Origin: Acidimicrobiia bacterium
GTDB lineage: Bacteria; Actinomycetota; Acidimicrobiia; Spongiisociales; UBA5794
Assembly (NCBI GenBank): GCA_041393965.1
Contig: JAWKJB010000003.1
Coordinates: 261,676-325,675, forward strand
Length of the DNA stretch: 64,000 bases
Direction: 5' to 3'
The notes under the pieces were generated by a model that was not told the DNA's origin, did no database searches, and was given only the letters and a program-made list of their open reading frames with translations. The position numbers and the translations under genes were made by a program. Below are positions 19,599 to 28,905 of this stretch, piece by piece (positions within the stretch are counted from its first letter, which is position 1; the number at the start of each line of letters is the position of its first letter).

Positions 19599-21149
19599 TC
19601 ACAGGGGGATGTTCCCATGCTTCTTCGGGGGGAGGGCCTCACGCTTGTTCCGGAGCATCTCCATTGCACGGATCAGCCGCGGCCTTGTCTCGCGGGGTTC
19701 GATCACATCATCGACCAGCCCGCGTTCGGCCGCTACATACGGATTGTTGAACTGCTCCTCATACTGGGCGACGAGACCACTGCGCGTCGCGTCGGGGTCG
19801 GCGGCGCCGGCGAGCTCCCTGCGGTAGATGACATTCACCGCCCCTTGGGCACCCATCACGGCGATCTCGGCCGTGGGCCATGCGAACACGAAATCCGCCC
19901 GCACCGCTCTGGAGTTCATGACGAGGTAGGCGCCTCCATAGGCTTTTCGGAGAATCACGGTGACCCGGGGCACCGTCGCTTCGGAGAACGCGTACAGCAG
20001 CTTTGCCCCGTGGCGGATGATGCCTCGATGCTCCTGATCGACCCCGGGGAGGAATCCGGGCACATCGACGAGTGTGACAAGCGGGATGTTGAACGCATCG
20101 CAGAAGCGCACGAAGCGAGCCCCTTTCACCGACGCGTCGATGTCGAGCGTTCCCGCGAGGACGGCCGGCTGGTTCGCCACGATGCCGACCGTGTACCCGT
20201 CGAGCCTTGCGAATCCGACCACGATGTTGCCGGCCCAGTGTTCGTGGACTTCGAAGAACTCGCCGTTGTCGACGATGCTCTCGATGACATCGACGACATC
20301 GTATGGCTGATTCGCCGAGTCGGGGATGATTGTGGTCAGTTCCTCGTCGGTTCGATCGGGTGCATCGGTCGGTGTGAAGAACGGTGCGACCTCCATGTTG
20401 TTCGATGGCAGAAGCGACAACAGGAACCTGATCTCCTCCAGCGCTTCTCGGTCGTCGCCGACGACGAAGTGCGTGACGCCGGACTTCGAAGCATGGGCAT
20501 GCGCACCGCCGAGTTCGTCCATCGTGACTTCCTCGCCGGTGACGGTCTTGATCACATCGGGACCGGTGATGAACAGGTGAGATGTGCCCTCGACCTGGAA
20601 GATGAAGTCGGTCAGGACAGGCGAATACACGGCGCCGCCTGCACACGGGCCCATGATCACCGAGATCTGGGGAATCACCCCCGATGCGCGGACATTGCGT
20701 TCGAAGATACGACCGTAACCGTCGAGCCCGACGACGCCTTCCTGGATCCGGGCACCTCCTGAGTCCTTCAGGCCGATGACCGGTGTCCCGGTATCGAGTG
20801 CGAGGTCGAGCAGCTTGCAGATCTTGTCCGCGACGACTTCACCGAGGGATCCTCCGAACCTCGTGAAATCCTCCGCGAACACCATCACGGTCCGTCCGTC
20901 GATCGTCCCCCAGCCGGTCACGACGGCATCTCCCAGCGGTCGTTTTTCCTCTAGGCCGAATCCCTGGGTCTTGTGTCGGACGAACGGGTCGATCTCCTGG
21001 AACGAACCCTTGTCGACGAGGATCTCGATCCGCTCGCGTGCGGTCAGTTTTCCTGCGTCGTGCTGACGGTCGACGGCGCGCTGGTTGTCCGGCCGCACCG
21101 ACGCTTCACGAAGCGCCCGGAGCTTCTCAATTCGTTCTTCCGTACTCAC
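19599..21149 (-). CDS. pccB: Acyl-CoA (propionyl-CoA) carboxylase beta/carboxyltransferase subunit
   Basis: GKLTARERI, DSGGARIQEG, GPCAGGAVYSP, RKAYGGAY, KKHGNIPL. GGAGGA RBS before the GTG. Confidence 0.95.
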   Translation of the reverse strand: MSTEERIEKLRALREASVRPDNQRAVDRQHDAGKLTARERIEILVDKGSFQEIDPFVRHKTQGFGLEEKRPLGDAVVTGWGTIDGRTVMVFAEDFTRFGGSLGEVVADKICKLLDLALDTGTPVIGLKDSGGARIQEGVVGLDGYGRIFERNVRASGVIPQISVIMGPCAGGAVYSPVLTDFIFQVEGTSHLFITGPDVIKTVTGEEVTMDELGGAHAHASKSGVTHFVVGDDREALEEIRFLLSLLPSNNMEVAPFFTPTDAPDRTDEELTTIIPDSANQPYDVVDVIESIVDNGEFFEVHEHWAGNIVVGFARLDGYTVGIVANQPAVLAGTLDIDASVKGARFVRFCDAFNIPLVTLVDVPGFLPGVDQEHRGIIRHGAKLLYAFSEATVPRVTVILRKAYGGAYLVMNSRAVRADFVFAWPTAEIAVMGAQGAVNVIYRRELAGAADPDATRSGLVAQYEEQFNNPYVAAERGLVDDVIEPRETRPRLIRAMEMLRNKREALPPKKHGNIPL

Positions 21150-21206
21150 CGGTCCTCCCGGTAGGCTCGCCTCGGCCACAGTGACTTCGACTTGCCCGGA
21201 TCGGTT

Positions 21207-21896
21207 ATGGCTACACACTACGACATCGTGCACCTCTCCGAGGTGGGAACCACCCAGGATGAAGCGGCCTTGCGCCACGCCGCAACGGGACGCCCGACCC
21301 TGGTCGTTGCCGACCGCCAAGTAGCCGGAAGGGGCCGCCAGGGCAGGTTGTGGGAGCAGCCCGACCGGGCCTTGTTCTCATCGGTCGCCTTCCGGACCCG
21401 GTGGGACCCCGAACATCGAACGCTCATTCCTCTGACGGCGGGTCTCGTGATGTGCGGCGCCCTCGAAGAACGCGGGTTCGGCGGTGTTCAGCTCAAGTGG
21501 CCGAACGATCTCGTCGTTGCCGGGAGGAAAGTTGGGGGTGTTCTGGTCGAACTCGACGGTGACACGGTGACGGTTGGCTGCGGTGTCAATCTGTTCTGGC
21601 GCAATCCCGTCGTCGGCGCAGCCTTTTTGTACGACGAGGACCCCGGGCCAGCCGTCGCCCCGGACCTCGCGAATCGCTGGGCTGCCTTGCTGCTTGCGGC
21701 GATGGAGGCCCCATCCGGGCAGTGGCAGGAGGAGGAGTACCGATCACGATCTGCGACGCTCGGCCGTGACATTGTGTGGGATGAAGGATCGGGTCGTGCA
21801 AGGGATCTCGGTATCGATGGCGCCCTCGTCGTGGAGACACCTGATGGCATGATCACCCTCCACGCGGGAGATGTCCACCTTCGCGGGCACCGCTAG
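21207..21896 (+). CDS. birA: Biotin-[acetyl-CoA carboxylase] ligase (no N-terminal HTH)
   Basis: QVAGRGRQGRLW, LKWPND, RKVGGVL. Divergent from the carboxylase genes. Confidence 0.92.
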   Translation: MATHYDIVHLSEVGTTQDEAALRHAATGRPTLVVADRQVAGRGRQGRLWEQPDRALFSSVAFRTRWDPEHRTLIPLTAGLVMCGALEERGFGGVQLKWPNDLVVAGRKVGGVLVELDGDTVTVGCGVNLFWRNPVVGAAFLYDEDPGPAVAPDLANRWAALLLAAMEAPSGQWQEEEYRSRSATLGRDIVWDEGSGRARDLGIDGALVVETPDGMITLHAGDVHLRGHR

Positions 21897-21919
21897 CCTG
21901 CGCCCGGAAGGAGGGACCT

Positions 21920-22591
21920 TTGGCCGTCCAGACAGGCGAAGGCATCATCGACATCATCTACGGCACCACCAGCGTGCCGGCGGGACCACGCGTCTTTGGA
22001 GGCTATCTCGCACGGCCCGACGGAGCGGGGGAGTGGCCAACGGTGCTCATCTACGGGCCCGCACCCCTGCCGACGAGCACGATCAAGGACATCTGCAGGG
22101 TTCTCGCCCGGCACGGCATCGCTGCCCTCGCCCTCGATCTCACCGACTCCCGGGAACACAATCGCTCAGTCTCGCGAGCTGCTGCCGCGTTTGTCGGTGA
22201 TCCATCGGGCGAGTGGTCCAACGGCCAACTGGGTTACGGCGTTCTCGCCTTCGGAGCGGGCATTGGCGACCTCGTGGAACTCGCGCACGCGGACCCACGG
22301 TGCGTCGCGGCTGCGATCGTCGCAGCGACCATCGATGGCGCCGACGCAGAGCTCCTGCATAGCGCCGGGATCGATGCGTTGGCGATCCTGTCGCGAAAGG
22401 ACGCCTCCGTCGATCTCGAAGCCACGCGCGACGCGCAAGCCGACAACCCCCACCTTGCCATGGTCATCTATGCGTCGGGGGAGGAGGGCTTCTGGGATGC
22501 GGGCACGGATGCCTTCGACGATGCCCGATACCGCGACACCATCGATCGCGTAATCGCCTTTTTCACCGAGCAGCTGCCTCCGAGGGTCTGA
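21920..22591 (+). CDS. Dienelactone hydrolase-like protein, catalytic residues apparently absent
   Basis: GYLARPDG-WP-VL N-terminus and alpha/beta-hydrolase layout. The elbow reads AFGAG and the His site reads EEGF. Confidence 0.65.
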   Translation: MAVQTGEGIIDIIYGTTSVPAGPRVFGGYLARPDGAGEWPTVLIYGPAPLPTSTIKDICRVLARHGIAALALDLTDSREHNRSVSRAAAAFVGDPSGEWSNGQLGYGVLAFGAGIGDLVELAHADPRCVAAAIVAATIDGADAELLHSAGIDALAILSRKDASVDLEATRDAQADNPHLAMVIYASGEEGFWDAGTDAFDDARYRDTIDRVIAFFTEQLPPRV

Positions 22592-22592
22592 G

Positions 22593-23531
22593 ATGAACAA
22601 GTCCGTGGTGACGGGAGGCGCCGGGTTCATCGGCTCGAACCTCGTCGACCTGCTCGTCGACGAGGGTCACGAGGTGCTCGTGCTCGACGATCTGTCGTCC
22701 GGTTCGATCGCGAACCTCTCGTACGCCCGTGACAGCGGTCGGACCAAGCTTCACCAGATCGACATCGGCTCGGCTGAAGTCATCGATCTCGTTCGGTCGT
22801 TCCAGCCCGACACAATCTTTCATCTCGCCGCCCAGATCGATGTTCGATACTCCGTCGCCGATCCCGTTGCGGATGCACGCAGCAATGTGCTCGGAACGGT
22901 CAACATGCTCGAAGCGGCGAGGCACAGCAACACCGAGCGGTTTGTGTTCGCCTCATCGGGTGGTGCGGTGTTCGGGGACACCTTCAACCTCCCGACTCCC
23001 GAGACCCAGGAGCGCAAGCCGGAGTCACCGTACGGTGTCTCCAAGAGCGTCGCCGATCAGTACCTCGCCTACTATGACCGCACGCACGGCATCGACTGCA
23101 TGTCGCTCGGCTTTGCGAATGTCTACGGCCCGAGACAGGATCCCCACGGCGAGGCGGGTGTCGTCGCTATCTTCATCGGATCGCTGCTCGAGCACACAAC
23201 GCCGACGATCTTCGGGGATGGTCTCCAGACGAGAGATTTCGTGTTCGTCGAAGATGTCGCCGATGCGATGCTCCGGGCATCCCGGATCGGCGGGTCCCGC
23301 TTCCTGAACATTGGCACCGGCATCGAGACCTCGATCCTGAGCCTCTACGATGCCATCGCGGGCGCGACCGGCGTCGATGTGGCGCCGGTGATGGCTGCCC
23401 CGAAGCGCGGGGAGCAGCTCCGATCGTGTCTCGATCCGTCGCTTGCCCAAGCCCACCTCGGATGGGAACCGTGGACGAGCCTCGCCGACGGCATCGCCCA
23501 AACCGTGGCATGGGCCAGATCTGCGAGGTAG
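22593..23531 (+). CDS. galE: NAD-dependent epimerase/dehydratase (UDP-glucose 4-epimerase-like)
   Basis: TGGAGFIGS, SSGG, YGVSK, NVYGPRQ, RDFVFVED. Confidence 0.88.
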   Translation: MNKSVVTGGAGFIGSNLVDLLVDEGHEVLVLDDLSSGSIANLSYARDSGRTKLHQIDIGSAEVIDLVRSFQPDTIFHLAAQIDVRYSVADPVADARSNVLGTVNMLEAARHSNTERFVFASSGGAVFGDTFNLPTPETQERKPESPYGVSKSVADQYLAYYDRTHGIDCMSLGFANVYGPRQDPHGEAGVVAIFIGSLLEHTTPTIFGDGLQTRDFVFVEDVADAMLRASRIGGSRFLNIGTGIETSILSLYDAIAGATGVDVAPVMAAPKRGEQLRSCLDPSLAQAHLGWEPWTSLADGIAQTVAWARSAR

Positions 23532-23560
23532 CCAGTTCGTCGTGACCGCTGTGGCGGCGT

Positions 23561-24433
23561 TCAGCTCTCGGCTGCGTGCCTCGGCCAGTCGTCCCTGAGT
23601 AGGCGTGACAGAGCCCGATCTGCGAGGATCCGGCCCTCGGTCTGACAGGTGGGGCAGTAATTCGTCTCGCGATCCTTCGCGACGATGCGCTGGATCGTCG
23701 CTCCGCACGCCGGGCAGGGCTCGCCGAACTTGCCGTGCACGGCCATGTCCGGATGGAATGCCGTCACCTTGGCGGGGAACCCGCTTCCGGTCTCGGCGAT
23801 GCGCTTGTCGGTCCATTCGCTGAGAACCATCCGGCAGGCGTCGAACAGCGTCGTAATCTCCTCGTCGGTGAGGTTGGTGTTGATCTGGGTCGGGGACAGT
23901 CGGGCGCGGTGGAGGATCTCGTCGGAGAACGACCCACCGATACCCGAGAAGTATCTGGCGTCCGTGAGCGCTCGCTTGAGCGTGTGCCGATTCGTAAGGA
24001 GAGCAGCCGCGAACTCGGACCGGGTGGCATCGGCGATCTCGATACCACCGGGATCGATGTCGTCGGTGTTGCGCAGAACCGCAAGCGAGGCGCGCCGCTT
24101 TGTGCCCGCCTCGGTGAGGACAAGCGTCCCGGTCGAGAAGTCGAAGGCGGCCAGGGTGCCCCGTTTGGGCTTCGAAGGGCGGGTCTCGAACCACCCGAGA
24201 CGACCCGCGACCATCAGGTGGATCACGAGATTCAGCGCATTGTCGAGATCGATGGAGATGCGCTTGCCGATCCTGCGCACACGCTCGACGACCCTGCCCT
24301 CGGTCTCCTCGATCGATGGTTCGACCGTCTTGAGGAGTGAGAACGACACGATCCGGACCTGTTCGAGAACCGCGCCCACGATGCGGTGACGCAACGCGTG
24401 GAGGTACGCCTCGATCTCGGGGAGTTCAGGCAT
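23561..24433 (-). CDS. Fpg/Nei family DNA glycosylase
   Basis: MPELPE N-terminus, HLMVAGR, H2TH GIG, CPAC-CPTC zinc finger. Confidence 0.92.
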   Translation of the reverse strand: MPELPEIEAYLHALRHRIVGAVLEQVRIVSFSLLKTVEPSIEETEGRVVERVRRIGKRISIDLDNALNLVIHLMVAGRLGWFETRPSKPKRGTLAAFDFSTGTLVLTEAGTKRRASLAVLRNTDDIDPGGIEIADATRSEFAAALLTNRHTLKRALTDARYFSGIGGSFSDEILHRARLSPTQINTNLTDEEITTLFDACRMVLSEWTDKRIAETGSGFPAKVTAFHPDMAVHGKFGEPCPACGATIQRIVAKDRETNYCPTCQTEGRILADRALSRLLRDDWPRHAAES

Positions 24434-24436
24434 CGG

Positions 24437-25147
24437 TCACCTGAAGAAGTCTTCGTCGGCTGGCCGCACCAGGTCCGTCACTCGCCCGTCCCCTGCGAGC
24501 ACGAGACCCCGCACCAACGCGGCGGGGACTGCTGCAGCCTTGCCCATCACAAGATCGGCAGCCGACGCAATCTCATCCACGGCAGCAACTTCGGTGACCC
24601 GCAGCGTGTTCCCGTGCGAGTCCGTCGTGCCGCGCAGATCGACAAGCGAGGGCAGGCCGGAGATGCCGATCGCGACATCGGTGAGGCCGCGCCGCCACGG
24701 CCGACCGAAGGTGTCGGTGATGATGACCCCGATGCGTTTCCCCGTTGCGCGCTCGATGCGGATCCGGATGCGGTGGGCGGAACGGTCCGGATCCACGGGG
24801 AGCAGCACGGCGTAGCCATGGGCAACATTCGACCGATCGACCGCCGCGTTCGCGCAGATGAATCCGTGGCGTGTCTGGGCGATGACGGTGTCGCCTCGGC
24901 GGCGGAGGATTCGGACGGACTCCGCTTCGACGAGCTGTCGGTAGGTCGCCTCGTCGGGAATCTGGCGGATCCGGCCCTCCGCCTTCGAGACGACCTTGTG
25001 CGTGATGACCACGATGTCGTCCTCCGCGATCGGCGTTCCGTTGGCTTCCGTGGCGTCGACCACCATCTCGGCGAGGTTGTCGCCATGCTGTATCTCGCCG
25101 ATTCCAACGACGGGCCAGATCATCAGCGGCGCCGGGGGATGCGTCAT
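24437..25147 (-). CDS. cofE: Coenzyme F420-0:L-glutamate ligase
   Basis: VVITHKVVSKAEGR, ANAAVDRSN, LLPVDPD-SA, DTFGRPWR-G, DEIASAADL. Confidence 0.93.
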   Translation of the reverse strand: MTHPPAPLMIWPVVGIGEIQHGDNLAEMVVDATEANGTPIAEDDIVVITHKVVSKAEGRIRQIPDEATYRQLVEAESVRILRRRGDTVIAQTRHGFICANAAVDRSNVAHGYAVLLPVDPDRSAHRIRIRIERATGKRIGVIITDTFGRPWRRGLTDVAIGISGLPSLVDLRGTTDSHGNTLRVTEVAAVDEIASAADLVMGKAAAVPAALVRGLVLAGDGRVTDLVRPADEDFFR

Positions 25148-26064
25148 GACACCATCAGGGTCAGGATGGTTGCGGCGACCTCCGGGCCTCCGACCGGATC
25201 GAGGCGGGTATTCACCGCGTGGACGGTGACCCCCCGATCGTGGCCGAGCACCGTGTCGGCTGCGTCGTCGATGTCCACAAAGAGCGCGTCGATGAGCCCA
25301 TCGTACGCGTCGAGAACGCCCTCCGTGCTCGGGGCAAGGCCGAGGCCGGCCATGACGGCATCGGCGGGTCCCTTGAGGGGCTTGCCACCGAACAGGGGAC
25401 TCACCGCTGCCGTGTTCGGATGTGCCGCAACCGCAACGCTGATCGGCTCGATGGCCGAGATGGGCCAGATCGAAAGGGGCGGATTCGAAGGGGCGATGAT
25501 CACGAGATCCGCTTCCGCGATGGCCTCGAGCACACCTGGCGCGGGTCGAGCCTCGACGGAGCCGATGTAGGCGACCGCGGTCACGGCGTCGCGGTGGCGT
25601 CGGTCCACGAAGTAGGTCTGGAAGTCGAGCCACGCGCCGCCGGCGATCTGCACACTTGTCGCGACGGGATCGTCGCTCGCGGGAAGCAGCGTCACATCGT
25701 CGATTCCGAAATGGCGACCGAGGTCAGTCGTGATCACCGACAGTGGAACGCCCTCGTGGAGTCGAGCGGTACGATACGCGCACAGTGCGAAGTCCTTGTC
25801 GCCGAGTCGCATGGTGGTGTCGACCCCAAGGGTGCCGAGTTCGTCCATGATCCGGAAGGTGTCGTTCTCCCGACCCCAGCCATCGGGACCAACGACGCCA
25901 GCCAGGGTGTAGAGGATGGTGTCGGGGTCGGCAGCGATCGTCACGCCGTATCGTTCGACATTGTCCCCGACATTGGCAATCACCGTGAGAAGGCCGGGTC
26001 CGAGGACCGACCGGAGTGCTCGGGCCATGCGCGCCCCACCGACACCGCCGGCGAGGAGAACCAC
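25144..26064 (-). CDS. cofD: 2-phospho-L-lactate transferase
   Basis: LAGGVGGAR, NVGD, DPDTILYTL, LGDKD, APSNP-SI-PI, VSPL-GG-KGPA. Start position is approximate. Confidence 0.92.
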   Translation of the reverse strand: MVLLAGGVGGARMARALRSVLGPGLLTVIANVGDNVERYGVTIAADPDTILYTLAGVVGPDGWGRENDTFRIMDELGTLGVDTTMRLGDKDFALCAYRTARLHEGVPLSVITTDLGRHFGIDDVTLLPASDDPVATSVQIAGGAWLDFQTYFVDRRHRDAVTAVAYIGSVEARPAPGVLEAIAEADLVIIAPSNPPLSIWPISAIEPISVAVAAHPNTAAVSPLFGGKPLKGPADAVMAGLGLAPSTEGVLDAYDGLIDALFVDIDDAADTVLGHDRGVTVHAVNTRLDPVGGPEVAATILTLMVS

Positions 26065-26109
26065 CCGATGATTGAAGTAGGGCCGCTTCGACTCCAGAAT
26101 GCACCTCAC

Positions 26110-28905
26110 ATGCCCATGACATCCACACGCCACGCCGCGGTTGCGACCGTGGTGCTCGCCGATCCCGACGGTGGAATCGAAGCGACGCTTCATGCGCTCG
26201 ATGCGCAAGTGTACGAGCAGGTCGGAGTCGTGGTTGTCGGGGATTCGGCAGTTCCCGACGCCACCGTCAGTGGTCGACGGGTGGTGAGCCGGCCGACGAT
26301 CGCCGAGGTCATGTCCCGTCTCCCCGCCGGTGTCACCCATGTGTGGTTCGTGCGTGAGGGAGCGGTTCCCCGCCCTGACGCAATGTCGTCCCTGATCGCC
26401 GACATGGAGCGAACCGACGCTTCGATCGGTGGATCCAAAGTGGTCGGTGGCGTCAATCATCAGCTGCTGTCGGTCGGGCTCGTCACCGACGCATTCTGCG
26501 TCCCGTATACCGGCATGGACACCGAGGAACGGGATCAGGGCCAATACGATGTTGTTCGGGATGTCGCGGCGGTGGCGGGCATCTCGATGATGGTGCGGCG
26601 AGATCTGCTCGCGGGTCTCGGCGGCGTCGACGAAGCACTCGAGCCGTTCGAGGCCGCCGTCGACCTGTCGCAGCGTGCACGGCTCAAGGGAGCCAGAACG
26701 ATCATCAGTCCGGCGTCAGTGGTCGACTACGCGGGGACGAGGAGGGGTGGCAACCGATGGCGGGCTGAGGCGTCGAGGATTCGCGCGATGCTCAAGGTGT
26801 ACGGACCCCTGACGCTGGCGTGGGCGATTCCCCTCGACTTCCTGATCGGCATCGTTGAGGCGGTCGTCTCGGTGTTCCTCGGTCGTTGGCTGGTGTTCGA
26901 CTTCGTGAGGGCATGGGGCTGGAACCTCATGAAGGCCCCGAGCACCATCGCCGCGCGGCGGGTCGCCCGCAGGGGCCGGACCGGCGGCGATCCGGAGTTG
27001 TTTCGGTTCCAGCGCAGGGGCAGCGTCAAGATGGCCAACCTCGCGCAGGCGGTGGCATCGGCACTGCGGAGGCGTCTCCCCGGCGACGACCGGCTCACGG
27101 TCGAATCGATCGGCGCAGACATTCGACAGCCGGCCTTTGTCGTTGGTGGCCTTGCGGTGGTGTTCGTTCTGCTTGCCGCGAGGAACATCTGGTCCGACGG
27201 TCTGCCGACCGTCGGTTACACGATGCCGTTCCCTGTCAGCGGTTGGGACGCCGTTGCGGGATACGCCGGTGGGTGGAATCCCGCCGGGTTGGGAAGCGCA
27301 GAGGCGCTTCGACCCCTGCTCCTGCTGGTCGGCCTTGCGAGGATCCTCACGCTTCACATCGGCAACCTCGCCGAGTACCTGCTGACGGCAGGTTCCCTGC
27401 TCGCCGGACTGTGGGGGATGACGCGGCTCCTTCGGACCTGGTCCATCCCCGCCGCACCGGCGCTGGTCGGCGGCATCGTCTATGTGGCAGGGCCCGCGGC
27501 GCAGGGGATCGCGAACAACACCCACATCGGGACGCTGATCGCCGTCGGCCTTGTTCCGTGGGCACTCCGCTTGTGCCTTGCGTCGCTCCGTGACGGCGTG
27601 TGGGCCGGCGTCGGGCGGGTCGCCGGTGTCGGGCTCGTCTTCGGTGTCGTCGGTGGGTTGTCGCCGCTGTTCCTGCTCGTCCTTGCCCCCGCCATTGGGG
27701 TGTACGCCTTCTTGCGGATGAATGATTCCGGAGCGTGGATGGGGGCCATCCTCGCCCTCGCCGGGACCGCCATCGCCGGCCTGATGCTCTCGCCGTGGAT
27801 CTGGCAGGTCGATCTCGTCGCCATCGCGAGGGTCGGCTTCTCGTATTGGGAAGTGTCGCCGGTGTTCGGCGTCGCCGGCGTGGTCGTTGCCGTCGCTGCC
27901 GTGGGCGGGGCGAGGTCCGAGCTCCGCGTCGTCACCGGGTGGGCGGCCCTCATTGCCGCGGTCGGATTTCTTGGATCACGAGCAGGCGACTTCGGCTGGG
28001 GCGTCGAAACTGAGTCGGTTTCGCTCGCGATCGTCGGACTGGGTGCTGCGATTCTGATCGCAGCGATATTCGAGAGGGTCCTTGCATCCGGTATCGGCTC
28101 GATGCGCCGGGTCCTTCTCGGCATCGGTGCGGTCGCATCGATCCTCCTCGTGGTGGCATCGTTGACGATCGTCCTCGGCGGAAGGGTTGGCCTCCCCGGC
28201 GATGTGTACGCCGACGCTCTCGGATTCACGAGGGCGAACGAGGGTGAGGCCGAAACGAGCCGTGTCCTTCTCGTCGGCGATGCGCAGGACCTCCCGGGTG
28301 ACCATCGGTCGATCAAGGGGGGTGCGTACCGTGTTGTCTCAGCGACGGGCCCCGACCTCGGGGAGACCTACCTCGCGCCGCGGGGAGCGTTCGACGATCT
28401 CCTTGAGGAGAAGCTGGCGTCGATCATCAACGGGGAGACCCGCAGAGCTGGCGGCGAGCTTGCCGCGTTCGGCATTCGATGGATTGTGGTCATGCGGGGG
28501 AGTTCGGGAGTCCACACGCCGGGGGCAGCCGAGGCGTGGCGGAGCGTGTTCGCAGGCCAACTCGACCTGCTTCCGCTCTCGTCGAGTCCCGGGAATGCGG
28601 TCTTCGTGGCTGATGTCACCCCGATCGGGCGGGCGCTGACCTCGAACTCGGAGTCGTGGGCCCGGACGGGCTGGTCGTACCGCGGCGAAGCCGCCGATGG
28701 AGCGCGGGTGTTTGTCGCTGAGAACCCCGATGTCCGTTGGGGGCCCGACCCGAGCCAGATCGTCGGCGACATGAACGAGGTCTCGGCAGCCGAAGGTGTT
28801 GTCACCTTCGATGCCGATGGCGGGCGCAGACTCCAAGTGCTCATCGTGCTCGGGGTGGCGATCCTGCTCGGATCACTCGGACTCGTGGCGAGGCGGCGAC
28901 GATGA
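26110..28905 (+). CDS. Large membrane glycosyltransferase family 2-like protein (GT-A-like N-domain plus multi-TM domain)
   Basis: EERDQGQYD-VAAV-G motif and many TM segments. Upstream of a DUF5719-like gene, as in the conserved actinobacterial locus. The ORF-track extension to 25219 is antisense to cofD. Confidence 0.8.
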   Translation: MPMTSTRHAAVATVVLADPDGGIEATLHALDAQVYEQVGVVVVGDSAVPDATVSGRRVVSRPTIAEVMSRLPAGVTHVWFVREGAVPRPDAMSSLIADMERTDASIGGSKVVGGVNHQLLSVGLVTDAFCVPYTGMDTEERDQGQYDVVRDVAAVAGISMMVRRDLLAGLGGVDEALEPFEAAVDLSQRARLKGARTIISPASVVDYAGTRRGGNRWRAEASRIRAMLKVYGPLTLAWAIPLDFLIGIVEAVVSVFLGRWLVFDFVRAWGWNLMKAPSTIAARRVARRGRTGGDPELFRFQRRGSVKMANLAQAVASALRRRLPGDDRLTVESIGADIRQPAFVVGGLAVVFVLLAARNIWSDGLPTVGYTMPFPVSGWDAVAGYAGGWNPAGLGSAEALRPLLLLVGLARILTLHIGNLAEYLLTAGSLLAGLWGMTRLLRTWSIPAAPALVGGIVYVAGPAAQGIANNTHIGTLIAVGLVPWALRLCLASLRDGVWAGVGRVAGVGLVFGVVGGLSPLFLLVLAPAIGVYAFLRMNDSGAWMGAILALAGTAIAGLMLSPWIWQVDLVAIARVGFSYWEVSPVFGVAGVVVAVAAVGGARSELRVVTGWAALIAAVGFLGSRAGDFGWGVETESVSLAIVGLGAAILIAAIFERVLASGIGSMRRVLLGIGAVASILLVVASLTIVLGGRVGLPGDVYADALGFTRANEGEAETSRVLLVGDAQDLPGDHRSIKGGAYRVVSATGPDLGETYLAPRGAFDDLLEEKLASIINGETRRAGGELAAFGIRWIVVMRGSSGVHTPGAAEAWRSVFAGQLDLLPLSSSPGNAVFVADVTPIGRALTSNSESWARTGWSYRGEAADGARVFVAENPDVRWGPDPSQIVGDMNEVSAAEGVVTFDADGGRRLQVLIVLGVAILLGSLGLVARRRR

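Noticed and set aside
25219-26109. N-terminal 297 codons of the 1228-aa ORF
   Set aside because: Antisense to cofD. The GT-like sequence begins only at about 26110.
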